DNA from: Perkinsus chesapeaki ATCC PRA-425
Taxonomy: Eukaryota; Protista; Perkinsozoa
Length of the DNA stretch: 40,383 bases
Reading direction: 5' to 3'
NCBI GenBank assembly: GCA_013115145.1
Contig: JAAPAO010000313.1
Span: forward strand, 1 to 40,383
A model generated the notes under the pieces. That model searched no databases. It worked only from the letters and a program-made list of their open reading frames with translations, and was not told the origin of the DNA. The position numbers were made by a program, and so were the translations under genes. Positions within the stretch are counted from its first letter, which is position 1; each line of letters begins with the position of its first letter. Shown here one piece after another: positions 13,401 through 24,700 of the stretch.

Positions 13401-14960
13401 CAGTACGCCCCTGTCCCCCTGGGCATCGTTATTTCGCGCTGCACGCAATGAGCTGTCTTCCACTACAGTGAAGGAACCCTAATGAAAACCAAGACCAGAC
13501 CATCTTTGTCTGAGTCATGTGAATCACCACCTATCTGTGTCAGGTTTGGACCCTAATATGGTTAATAGAGGTTCGGTCCTCTGCGCTACCAATTCTACAC
13601 CTTGTCGAGTCTCCGACGTGATTCGAGCCAAGATCATGGTCTTCGATACCACAGTACCGATAGTTAAAGGCCAGAAGGTGAGCGATGCAATCTCGATTTT
13701 CAGTGAGATTCAAAGCAAAAGAGCTCAAAGGGTGCGTTAGAGACTTGTCATCGAGACGCGGCTTTGAGCTCTTTCTGGAGTTACGGAAGCTCGTATGGTT
13801 TTGAAGACAACATTGACGAGAAGTTTGGTATAATTTATAGTTTACAGAGAAGAGGAGTTATGAGGATATGAGTGTATAAATTTTATACCAAACTTCTCCC
13901 CAAAAAATTTTTGTAAAATTAATACCGGCCCGTATTTTATACAGTATAATTTTTGGCAGTAAATCACACCGTATAAAATGTATTCTTAGAAACATTAAAT
14001 GGATTGTTTTTTCTGATTTGTCATTTGCTATGTCAGGTTATGTTATATGCTCATGCATGTGTAGAGTCGGCCACAGTATCCCGGTTTATAGTGTTAGAAG
14101 GCAAGAAGGCTCCTGTGCCAGGGACACGCCCGAAACCTATCAAGTGAGAATGACCCCGTGTATTCGATTGCAAATAAGCAATTTGCCGGCGCTGGAATGT
14201 ATGCATCTGCTCGTCTACGTACGTTGGCGATGGAGAGAAATTTCGACATAAGAGGGCTACGGTGTTACTTAACACCAGTCACATTCTTCTGGGTCAATCA
14301 TACAGTGACAAAAAGAGTATAGGAATTAAACTCTCCCGGCAGCAGTTGCACATAGTATGGATAGTCTGGCGTTGGACTATAAACTCACACACAAGGCTAC
14401 GGTGTTCTTGCGATGACGAGGGAGCTGTAGACCTTCGGAAAGAAAGGTTCAGAAATATCTCAACATTGCATTGTTTGTTTTATAACACATCAATGCTGTC
14501 ATTCCCTGTTGACTATCTCATCACGTCACCTATGTAGAACTTCTACAGAAAAATGTAGACCACAAAGGCTTCTACAGTCTTTGTGGTCTACATTTTTCTC
14601 ATCTTTACAGTCTGTGAACTTTCCCGATTGGGCCAATGTCTGTCTCTCCGTGCTGATGCTTTGAATCCGTACTTGTACCTTTGGGAGGCTGAAAATGCCA
14701 TAATTACCACTTAACGAATGTTCAAGGCTATTGGATGCTTTTCCTCGGTCAGGTGTTTGACGAAAGGAGACTGTTGCACGGTTGAGCTTAGACTGGAGCA
14801 TCCAATATGTACGGATCCTATAGGTAAGTTTGTCACTCGCCACATAATGTGACCTGTTATCATTTCAGACCAGAAAGGTTCCATGGGTAAGGCCACTAGT
14901 TTATCAAGAATAGTTTTAAGAGATCGAGGCGAGACTGTGGCAGCTGGGATGATTGTGTAA
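7478..14960 (+). CDS. HBS1: HBS1-like translational GTPase (eEF1A/eRF3 family), many introns
   Basis: N-terminus [23 protein letters not shown]; exons give [18 protein letters not shown] (G1), GKQSFEYAW|[31 protein letters not shown] (G3), IIVAINKMD (G4), [10 protein letters not shown], and [17 protein letters not shown] at 14960. SFxYAWVLD favours HBS1 over eRF3. Confidence 0.9.
8381..8497. repeat. Intronic low-complexity tandem repeat, ~12-nt CCGGAAATTTTR units
   Basis: Repeated ggaaattttaccggaaatttt... within an HBS1 intron. Confidence 0.75.
9754..9769 (+). other. tRNA T-arm/B-box-like fragment in or at the edge of an HBS1 intron
   Basis: GGTTCGAACCCCGGCG about 20 nt upstream of the ttccag acceptor. 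Confidence 0.6.
10035..10080 (-). other. 46-nt HBS1 intron containing an antisense tRNA 3'-half-like fragment
   Basis: GT-AG intron splits VEL|GHV in frame; its reverse complement contains GGTCACGGGTTCGATCCTCGGCGATGACA. Confidence 0.7.
13818..13898. repeat. Intronic inverted repeat (16-bp perfect arms; MITE-like or hairpin)
   Basis: GAGAAGTTTGGTATAA (13818-13833) is the reverse complement of TTATACCAAACTTCTC (13883-13898). Confidence 0.75.
14547..14599. repeat. Intronic perfect 21-bp inverted repeat (hairpin)
   Basis: AGAAAAATGTAGACCACAAAG (14547-14567) pairs with CTTTGTGGTCTACATTTTTCT (14579-14599). Confidence 0.85.
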
Positions 14961-15530
14961 AGTGTGCTGTTGTTTTCAACTAATACTGTTACATTGCTTT
15001 GGAGCTTCCATTAGTCTTATTCCGATTGTGTTCATATAGTTGTCGGTCGACAAGAACCACACAAAAGTGAAGAAAGAGAAGTCGCTTTCAATAACCGCCA
15101 CAACCTTCGATACATTTAATGTTCCTGACAATTCGGGCGATGTGAGAAACGCTGAATGTTGCTCTCGGCAATGCCACAAGAGGAACTATTGTTATTCCCG
15201 AATCGCTCAGGAGTAATAGCGCGATTGTGGAGTGTTGGCGAGAATGTCGAATAGGGTCAGTTAAGTTCATCAGAGGACATTAATGAGGCAAAAGTAACAC
15301 CTTCGAGTGTCATTCCATAACAGCGAAGCCTAGCTGGTCGCTATCACTATACTACGAAAATAGGTACCAAATCATCATGGAAAAATGAGATAGGTTCCCG
15401 AGACTGCAAACTAGCCTATTTGCTAAGTAACACGACATATGCTATCAACACCCGAGAAAGAGCGTTCACTGAAAGAATATCAGTAATGAGCACACCAGTT
15501 CAGTTCACTGGACTTCAGAGCTGAGAAGAC

Positions 15531-17693
15531 TCAGCACGTACACACAACATCAGAACCCCAACAAAGTGATGGGGACTTCCAATACATACAGTACGACCCT
15601 GCAACCAACTTGGAACACTGGAGGTCAGCTTGGTGGCAATCAGGAGCAGTAGTGGACCTCTGTGTGGTAACCTCGCCACTCGTTGGAGTGGGCGATTGAG
15701 TGGTGGAAGTTGACAACCCTCCGCTACATTGACAAGGCACGTTGCTTCCCCAACAGACGGGTGGATACTGATCGATTTTACAATAGGACCCAGGATAACC
15801 TTCCGCGCATATTGCATCAGCCATGGAACAGTCCATTCCAGTGGTCGGTGTCGTCGAAGTCGTGGAAGTAGTAGTGACAGGATAGGAACTTGTCGTTGCT
15901 GCAGTGGTTGTAGTGGTGGTAGCAGTTATGGTAGTAAAAGGCAAGGTAGCTGTTGTTGTGGATGGAGTAGTTGTTGTTGCGAACGGAGTGGTTGTTGTTG
16001 TTGTTGTGGATGGAGTAGTTGTTATGGTTGTTGCGAAGGGTGTGGTTGTTGTTGTTGCCTTCCGGCCACAAATCTCATCGTCAATCTGAATAGTCATATT
16101 CTTAATAGAGGGGAAGGCGAACATATCAATGCTATTATACTTGCACTTCACCTGCTGCAGCCTAGCATAGGTCTCGCTGTTTGGGAAGTACTGGTCGATC
16201 CACTCAAAGTCGGTGCTGAGGTCAGAGTCGATGTAGTTCTGATAAGCTTGATGAAGCGATACAGGCAGCACCGTACTATAGGCTTTGTGGAGCCACTGAA
16301 TTCTCTCCTGTGGAGGAGCTTGGTCAGGATACCAGCTTGCTATCATTTGCAGATGCCACCCGTCGACTCTGTGATCGAAAGCAGTGCACTTGCGGCCAGA
16401 ATGAGCGTCACAATCCTTGGGCTCTTCTGCCATGGCGTGACCATAGAAATCAAACTGAAGCACGCAGTCGGTATTCCACTTGCAGATGGGATCGAGGCTG
16501 AGCTCTGCCATGGTTTCGAGAGTAGCGATGTCGATGTCTTTGTCGAAATAGAGGGACTTTGCCTTATAAGGACTAGCCAGACTGTGAGTGTTCCAATCCC
16601 AGCACTCATTCATCGACTTCTTAAGTTCACTCTCACTGCATTTTTGGACACCATCGGGAGGATAGAAATCCATCCAGGACGCCGCAGTGCAGTCTGCCCA
16701 GAACCACATGGCCTCACCGAAGCTTTGCTCCAGGATAGAGTACTTTTCAACACCAACAGAATCAGCTAATGCCTGCACTTTCCCCTGGCAGGATGAGCAG
16801 TCGCCAGACGCATCGCAAATGCACTGCGCGCTAAACTGAATTGCGCCACCACCAAGGAACTTGCCGATTCCGAACATCTCCGGGCCGGCCGCCGAAGAGT
16901 GCATGAAGGTCTGGAAGGCTTTGATGCGTTGTGCTTGCAGGGAAGGATTCACGTCGGAGCTCTTCCCAGATATCACGACCACATTAGTGACTGGGAAGGC
17001 CTTATATCGCAGTGTGACGATGACGCCGTAATTACCACCCATACCACCCCTCAAGGCGAAGAACAGATCAGAGTGCTCGTTGAAGCCTGTGGCGGTCACT
17101 AGCTCGAATTTGCCGGTGGATTCGTTATACACCACAACATCAGCGGAGACCAACCTATCAGCGGTAATGCCGTACTTGGCAGAAGAGAGACCATGTCCCC
17201 CACCAGAGAGCAGACCGGCGATACCAACTGTTGGACCGGAGCCGGCTGCTAGACCGAGTGGAGGGTCGTGGCGGGCCAACCGAGAATATGCTTCAAGCAA
17301 GCGTAGGCCGGCACCCATTGAAGCGATGTAGTCACCGTTGACTTCGGATACACTGAAACCAGTTAGCCTCTCCAAATCGATAACAATACCATTATTAACA
17401 GTGGACTGGCCGATATACGAGCTTCCCTGATTGCTGCGAATCGCCACTGGCGCAACCTCCTCGTGACAAATTTGAAGCGCGGCGATGATGTCGTCGGCAG
17501 AAGTGACATTGACCATGGCAGCTGGCGAGTAACCGTGAGCTTGATCGAAGCGTTCGTTGTAGGGCGGTGGAATATCGGTGGTTTGCACTTGGCCAGGGAG
17601 GGCTGAGATTAAACGGGAGACAGCTGACTGGACATCACCGGTGGCCACCGCGCAAAGGGAGAAAATGGCAAGTATATAGGAAAACCACACCAT
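15531..17693 (-). CDS. Secreted berberine-bridge-enzyme-like FAD-linked oxidase (FAD_binding_4 + BBE) with Thr-rich stalk and two Cys-rich C-terminal modules; intronless
   Basis: 737-aa ORF; likely start MVWFSYILAIFSLCAVATG (signal peptide, ATG 17693); PTVGIAGLLSGGGHG, DLFFALRGGMGGNYGVIV, BBE tail YQNYID...YARLQQVKCKYN; poly-Thr tract; two GSYC...CWGS modules. Confidence 0.88.
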   Translation of the reverse strand: MVWFSYILAIFSLCAVATGDVQSAVSRLISALPGQVQTTDIPPPYNERFDQAHGYSPAAMVNVTSADDIIAALQICHEEVAPVAIRSNQGSSYIGQSTVNNGIVIDLERLTGFSVSEVNGDYIASMGAGLRLLEAYSRLARHDPPLGLAAGSGPTVGIAGLLSGGGHGLSSAKYGITADRLVSADVVVYNESTGKFELVTATGFNEHSDLFFALRGGMGGNYGVIVTLRYKAFPVTNVVVISGKSSDVNPSLQAQRIKAFQTFMHSSAAGPEMFGIGKFLGGGAIQFSAQCICDASGDCSSCQGKVQALADSVGVEKYSILEQSFGEAMWFWADCTAASWMDFYPPDGVQKCSESELKKSMNECWDWNTHSLASPYKAKSLYFDKDIDIATLETMAELSLDPICKWNTDCVLQFDFYGHAMAEEPKDCDAHSGRKCTAFDHRVDGWHLQMIASWYPDQAPPQERIQWLHKAYSTVLPVSLHQAYQNYIDSDLSTDFEWIDQYFPNSETYARLQQVKCKYNSIDMFAFPSIKNMTIQIDDEICGRKATTTTTPFATTITTTPSTTTTTTTPFATTTTPSTTTATLPFTTITATTTTTTAATTSSYPVTTTSTTSTTPTTGMDCSMADAICAEGYPGSYCKIDQYPPVCWGSNVPCQCSGGLSTSTTQSPTPTSGEVTTQRSTTAPDCHQADLQCSKLVAGSYCMYWKSPSLCWGSDVVCTC

Positions 17694-18799
17694 TACGGAC
17701 GTTAAGACATAGTGCGATGTTCGCGGTAACCAAGTCATTCCCAAGGGGACAGGCTTTGTGTGCTGTGGCGCTAGGAGATAGTTTCATCGTTATTAGTCGA
17801 GTTCAGTGCCCTGAAACATGCCAAATGAGCCTGTGAGTTAACTACCGGGCTGAACCCCAAACTTCAGCGGTTCCGGCTCCAGCCAATAATAAGGGATGCT
17901 CTCGCGGTGCTCACAAAGCTACCGAGGGCCTGCGAGGAGGCCATTTCATCCCAACTTGATCTGGTCAAGTTGACCACTAGTCAATGACTATTGGGATAAT
18001 ACCGCAGTGTGACGGCGGCTGACGGTGATAGTCAACAACTATTCCGGACACCCGCACTTTATGGGGCTGCTGTTCGGACTAGATCGGTAATACCGATTCG
18101 GAGGGGAGGGGGCTCCGACGGAGCCGCTCCGCTTGGAACGGCTTTTCGCTGGATAATGCGGTTGCCCAACTTAATCGACAACATTGACGGCGTAAACAGT
18201 TGTACACTGTACGATTAAGCTTCAAGCAACTTGAACCTTGATCGTACATTGATCACCCTCGAATCAAGTGTGAATGCCGGATACCAGCGGCTGAAAGTAG
18301 TACATCATTACAGTGCGTAACTCCGAAGGAAACGAAATAGGTGTAGGAGACATAGGGCAATATGCCCCTATGGGGGGTATGTTTTTAGTAACATTCTTTA
18401 GATGGAAATTCCTCGTGATGCTTCGGCTCACCAAGCGAATTCGGCGATTAGAATAGTTTGATAAACATACAATAAAATATCAAGAAATATCATCGCCTTG
18501 ACAATGCTCGAGTTGGCCGAGTTGGCTGGCTGTCGATGACTCGAGAATCAGGACGAAGTCTGTTTAGCAGGAAGATGTTGTTCCCTCGGTACCATCTATG
18601 GCCTATTTTGATAAAAGTATTTCCAAGGTGATCGAGTTGCCTTTCTTACAGGGAAGTCGGTCATATGTCTTCTTGGACATTTTATTAGATATTCCCAAAG
18701 GACATCGCGTAAAGTATTTCCTCTCGAGGTTTGTTCCTTATGATACAGTTTACTGTATAAAACAACACGCAACAGTTGGAAAATATTAAAAATTATAGT

Positions 18800-19872
18800 T
18801 CAACGCCAATGCTTTGATAATGATCGAATCGCTTTGCTCAACGAGGAGCCGTGCTTCTTATGTCGCTTCCGTTGACCAGACGAACGACTTCGCCGCTTGC
18901 TTATTTTGACGCCACCTGGAGTCTTTCTGTGAGCTGCTTCTGCTACAGCTAGGAAAACATCCCATACACCATCGCCGGTCAGCGCGGAGGTGGGATAGAA
19001 GCCCAAAAGGGGGTTCATCGACGACAGCGAAGGTGCTCCGGATGAGTCGAAGGAATGGAACAACTGAAAGGGAATTTGGACGCCCGAGGAAATCGCTGTC
19101 ACCGTGGCGCCGTTGTCTGAGATGGCCGAGCCGAGATCTGATTTGCTGGCAGCGAACGCTACAGGAATACCAGGCTCTATGTCGTGGACGAGATTGAGCA
19201 TTCTGAGAAGAGATGCCGGCACCGAGGATCGAACCTGCGACCTATCTTACTTGTGCACTTCTGTGTAGTTGTTGCTTTCCTCATCGTTACTGTTGTCGTA
19301 GACTATTACAGCGCCACTTGCACCGTGCAAAACGTGTGGCATCATACTGATCAAATCCTCTTTGAAGTTGATAGCCCACACCTGAGGGAACGGTATGCGA
19401 GACGGAGCGCCGAAAGCAGAATTGAGGAGGAATTCAATAATGAAAGAAGACGGCAACATAGAACTAGAAATCAAGGGACGAAGGCGTACCAAAATGAACC
19501 TAGAAATGGATAGAATTTGCGGAGTAAAAAAGGTTTTGAAAACCACTTTAAACTGTAGAGTCATACTGAAGTATATCAAACTGTAAAGTGACTCCATTAG
19601 AATCGGGCTCGGTAATAGTCGACTGGAGCCAACAGGCCTGGCAGTCGGTGGTGACTGCTAGCTGGTCACCGGAGCTCGCGTCGAATGAGACTTCCACACA
19701 TGGCGAGCCTAATTTCATGGCCCTATCATGGCACTAGGCTAAGCCATTGACAATTAGCCGTGGTTGTGCAGAACTGACTTTGAGCATGATGTGAACTCCA
19801 GGAGGAATTGCAACTGTCTTCCGCATGAACGAGACCCCAACTTCACACTCGTGATCGTCCGCGGTGAGGAAG
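18800..19872 (-). CDS. Divergent Rab/Ras-like small GTPase, probably a pseudo-GTPase; 5' exons unresolved across the gap, possibly up to ~21583
   Basis: Exons: EVGVSFMRKTV (switch-I-like), VWAINFKED (G3 position), GASGAVIVYD, FAASKSDL (G4), TSALTGDGVWDVFLAVA (G5), polybasic tail. Confidence 0.6.
19203..19250 (-). other. 48-nt intron containing a sense tRNA 3'-half-like fragment
   Basis: GTAAGATAGGTCGCAGGTTCGATCCTCGGTGCCGGCATCTCTTCTCAG; removing it joins EVHK|MLNL in frame. Confidence 0.7.
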
Positions 19873-20007
19873 CTGAAACACGAGCAATACTCTCTAGCAC
19901 TAAAATTCCGNNNNNNNNNNNNNNNNNNNNNNNNNNNNNNNNNNNNNNNNNNNNNNNNNNNNNNNNNNNNNNNNNNNNNNNNNNNNNNNNNNNNNNNNNN
20001 NNNNNNN

Positions 20008-20131
20008 AGGAAAATTTAGGGAAAAAACTGAGAAATTCGGAAAATTTAGGGAAAAAACTGAGAAATTCGGAAAATTTAGGGAAAAAACTGAGAAATTCGG
20101 AAAATTTAGGGGGAAAAACTGAGAAATTCCG
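20008..20131 (+). repeat. 30-bp tandem repeat (AAAATTTAGGGAAAAAACTGAGAAATTCGG) running into the assembly gap 19911-20007
   Basis: Three identical units plus one variant; array probably collapsed in the N gap. Confidence 0.9.
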
Positions 20132-21789
20132 CGCGGTTTTGCATCACTATAGGTGGGGACACTCAGATCTTCGACTAAACCCCAACAGTGTGACATTCGC
20201 GACCGAAGCTCCAGTGATCGCCCGAGAGTGTACTCTACGTTTGAATAACACATTGATAATTATAAAATTTAGATAGTCTTGAAAGAAGAGTATCTTCTTC
20301 CCTTGTTCCCAGAAGGAATGTGGTGGACGTCTCCTTCTGGTCTAGGACACAATCGGCACTCATGTGAGCCTGAATGACTCCTACGTCGTACTTGATCAAC
20401 TGCAAGGTGAAAGTGTAATTATTGGGCGCATAATAGTTAAACCTTAATTCCTCGGACTCTACCAGAGTCCATCGGCGAAGTGTGGACTATCCGATACGAC
20501 TAGGTTTTTCACTGGGAAAATATCTTACACTTCCCGCACTATAAAGATTCCGTGCTACTTCGAAGGTCACTTACCGATCAGTAACGAAACGATGTATTAG
20601 CGCGTTCTTGCCCGCGGAGGGTGGGCCTATGACGACAATCTTAAATTTGGGCAAATCCATTGGCCCGGGGGAATCTATCTCAGATGGGCAGGAAGAAACA
20701 GAGGAAGATGAGTCGAGGTCTCCTTTATGGGACATTATTAGTAATGGAAATTCAAAATACTCAACAGTGAATGGGAGCCTACCAGACTGTCAGCTCTGTC
20801 GGATTTTCTCATTTAAAACCGCGGGAATATTTCCCCTCCAGCAGAGACATGTAGCACGATTCCCACAAATCCTATTTTGCCGTGAAAGTTCCAAGGGGAG
20901 GATAGTAATTCGTGAATCTATGAACAACATAGTTGCCGAGCTCTTGGAGGCCTCGAATTCTCCATGAAATGTTTACTGTTGGTCCGAGGATGAAGAGATT
21001 TCGGCACTGCACGCATGTACACGGGGAAATTCCCCGGTTGGTTGGTCGGGGGAAACATCTGACGTTCCGACAAGGAATGTGGTTAGTGTTTCCTTGTGGT
21101 ATAGAAAAATACTTTATGGCAACCGTTGAATCTCCTCTGAGTTAGGAACACCCTTTGATCCCCGACGAACGCATTTTTGTGAGGCGGGCTGACTTCCCGT
21201 TGGTCTTCCGAATTCACCCATGGCCACCCAAGTCAGCTTCTAATTCACATTAATCGTGATCAACCCGACGCTCTTTCCAAGACAGATAAAACAAGCCATG
21301 TTGTCAACCGAAGAATTCCACGACGATTCTGTGTTCCTTTTGGAGCTTCTCGATCGATACGTTACCGACAATCTCCCTGACAGCCGCGAGAACCTAACAA
21401 GAGTACAAATGCTGCAGTAAATGGGAAACAACATCCATAGACAGGTCGTTCAATAAACCGGTTCTCAAATTCAGAATCGACTCCAGAACTGCTTTTCGAA
21501 AGCAAAATGTGATGCTTGAATCGATTCTGAAGGCCAGAATTGATTTTTCGGACAGGGGGAGGATCGGAATGCGTCTTTGCCATTAAACTTCGTTGTGTTA
21601 CGTTGTGGGACTTTACTACCCAGAGTAAGCGAAGAAGATTTTTTTAGGGTTAGAACGGACGAATCCGCGGCGAGGTAAGCTGAAGCCGCCAGGGTCGGGA
21701 CATTAGCGGTGATATCGGCTAACTTAAGTTGAGCTTCACAAACTTGCCGTTTACTCAACCAACTTATAACTATAATCCATCAGGATAAT

Positions 21790-24700
21790 CACCAGCACAC
21801 TTTCGCTGCAATCTCTCTTGAAAAGCCCCTCCCTGGCATATCTTCAATTCTTCCCCATCAAAGCCTGGCATTTCCCTTTTTCAAGCTCACATCTTTGCAC
21901 ATATTAGTTTGCCCGCAAACCATAACAATGCCAGCCGTATTGCTATCGGCCAGTCCGTCGGCGATGGCCTTTTTGACGACCTCGGATGATCGCAAAATCT
22001 ACATAGTGCGAGATCATGGGTATCTAAGGTTGGAGCTTACATCTTGGACGTATGTTTTATCAGTTTCGAGCTCTCGTGAAAGTGCTAAATGCAATGTAAT
22101 GCTGTCCTTGGCCGCTTCCACCTCCGCACTATAAAGAATATCTTCGCGAGTGCGACAACCATATACGAGATGAATCCTAGGATTGACGGCCCTCTGCAGC
22201 TCGGGGAGCATCGCCCTGAAGTAAGCTTGCTGGAAATGTAGTTTGATAATAGCTGCACTTCAATCTTACCGAAAAGGCGCAATACCAGCTCCAGTGGCCA
22301 CCATCACAATAGGCCCGAGAGGAAGTGGTTTCGGTAGTTTAAAAGTGGATGGCCGAGTCAATAACCGGCTGACACAAAAAATCTGCACGCATGCGCACAT
22401 GACAATGGCTTACATTTCATCACCAGCTTTGATTGATTCACAAAGATATGTGCTAGCCATTCCAAAATAGCTATCAGACCGAGGTGTGATTCGACCTAGT
22501 TCACGGTCGAGCAACGTGAGCTGGCAGGAACGGATGAACTTCGGAGGCAGCTTGGCTGGGAGCGCAGCCGATAGAAGGGAGCAACAGATACCTATCGAAC
22601 CTGAGGAGATACCGAGATTGAATATTAGCAAATAACATGGCATAGACTTCTGATGTGTCGTCTTTCTGTGATTTCTCGTTATGAGTGTGCAAGCCTCAGT
22701 ATGGGTTAAATCATTCCCATTGACTGTAGTAAAGTTTAACTTCTTTCGCAGCGCTCGCAGCGGTAAAGCCTACCAGATCCTCCAGAACTCGCTCCAGTGA
22801 AACTCCTAAGTTTTTGCTTCGCGCATATCTTTGCGAAATCGACCAAGTCGAGGGCCGACACGTCAACTTTGAATAGGTCAAAAAACTCCACGAGTGATAG
22901 ATGAACCTGCAGAGAAGTCACAGAAAACCTTCAGTACCGAACCCTCCCGGTTTAAGTTGCAATGCAACTGTTGCATGTAGCAGGGACAGGCTAAAAAAGC
23001 ATTATTTAGCCTTGGACTATAAACCCACATATACAGGAAACTACTGACGACAAGCATATCACATCTTGTAACGTTTCAAGATTCCAACTACAAACCTCAA
23101 AGGTCTGAGAGCTTCGTGTAAATTATCGAGGCTTGTAAGTCTTTCAGTCGCATATCCAGGTCCCGCTGGTTGGAGTGTCAAACGAACTGGAGACTTCAAC
23201 TTCGATAATGAGACGAGATTATCAAACGAAATGTCATTCCTGGTTCTCGTACCGTCATGAGAGTAGATTCCAGCGTTGTTGCTTACCTCACTAGAATGCA
23301 TTTGTTTATGCAAACCAACTACTTCCCGTAATGCGGGATCGAAGTGTGCTAAAGATGTTATCATTTGCCGAGTCGGAGGAGATCTCAAGTCAAGATAACT
23401 GAATTGAAGCTGAAAGCTTCTATCGTTTCATCGGCCTACTAAAACAGGACGTCCCGAACGGTGGCTGGGACGGGAAAAGGAAACCTAAACAAACAATCCG
23501 GGTTTTCCTTTAGCGGGTTTCGGGTTTCCTGTCTTGTACGTATGACGAGTGCGATGTCTCACCTGCCATCAGTAGATTCGAAATCGATCCAGTAATCGAT
23601 TTTGTCCTCGATTCCGAAAGCCTTTACGAAGTAGTCCACGTCTGCTTTCGAGTTCGCAGGTAGAATCTCTATCGTGTCCGCAGTATCGTAACTGATGACA
23701 GGAAAATACCACGAGTTGGATTATTCAACGTGAATCTACCGTAAGGTGTTTTAGTGAATGGTAGCCTACCATTCACTCATACATGCGAGAATGGTATGGC
23801 GAATAGCCATCCAAGATCCCAGTGGGATAATCCCACCCATTTTAGAGCGGAAAATTCTCCGCTGGTTTGATCAAACTGATCCAACCAGTCCGTGATTTTT
23901 CTAGGTGGAAGCGAGCGCCTGTGCTTCCCCAGTGGCGGTTACCTCATATCTTCAGGCATACTTATGTCAACGTGAACTGCTCGCGACCCCATTTTCGAGA
24001 CTGACAAGACCTTCGCTTTGCAACACTTGAAAATGGCCTTCGATAGGGTATCATCTCCATCGATCGACACTAAAGGAAATGAGAGATCAATTACAGCAGC
24101 CACTGAGTTCCACGAATCGGTAATGATTCACTGTTAGTGAAGGACAATCACTCATCAAATTTCTAAGTGAAAAGAGAGATGAAGAATTATTTTCTAAAAT
24201 TTATTCCCCACGCCAGCTACTGGCTGCCAGCAGTTGCAACTTGCAACTTGTACGTACGTCGTGGTACAAAGGGATCAACACAAAGCCATGTAAATAAATT
24301 ATTATGCAATTAAAGGAAGATCTAGAACGATCTACACTTTTGCAGGTTATCTCACACCGCTTCTAAGGTCCTTACGGTAAGGTATGCTGGTAAACATACT
24401 CTGAAAATTAACCGGCCCATGACTACACAGACCTGGGATTTAACGCTGCGAGCCTCGGAGTCCGAGGTGTGACACCTGAGGTGTCTATCAATATGATTGA
24501 GTGGTAACATACGAAATACACAATATTTCGTCACGAAATCTTCGTGTATCATATCAGTTGTATTTTGATGAATCTAGCAGGTTTATCCCGGTCAAGCACA
24601 TGTAGGCTGATTACCATCAGCCTCGATATTTTCGAAGTTCAATTCGAAGAAAGTCATGATAGTTCGGCCATCCATGTTGCTAGCTGTCATGCCTTTCCAG

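Noticed and set aside
14250-14406. Spliced-leader relics (minus-strand ACCGTAGCC at ~14255 and ~14395)
   Set aside because: Only 9-14 nt resemble the perkinsid/dinoflagellate leader as I recall it; the GGCTCAAG end is absent; intronic and antisense.
15729-16769. 346-aa plus-strand ORF
   Set aside because: Antisense shadow of the oxidase's Thr-rich and catalytic region.
18083-18125. Two 6-bp hairpins upstream of the oxidase
   Set aside because: Short enough to arise by chance.
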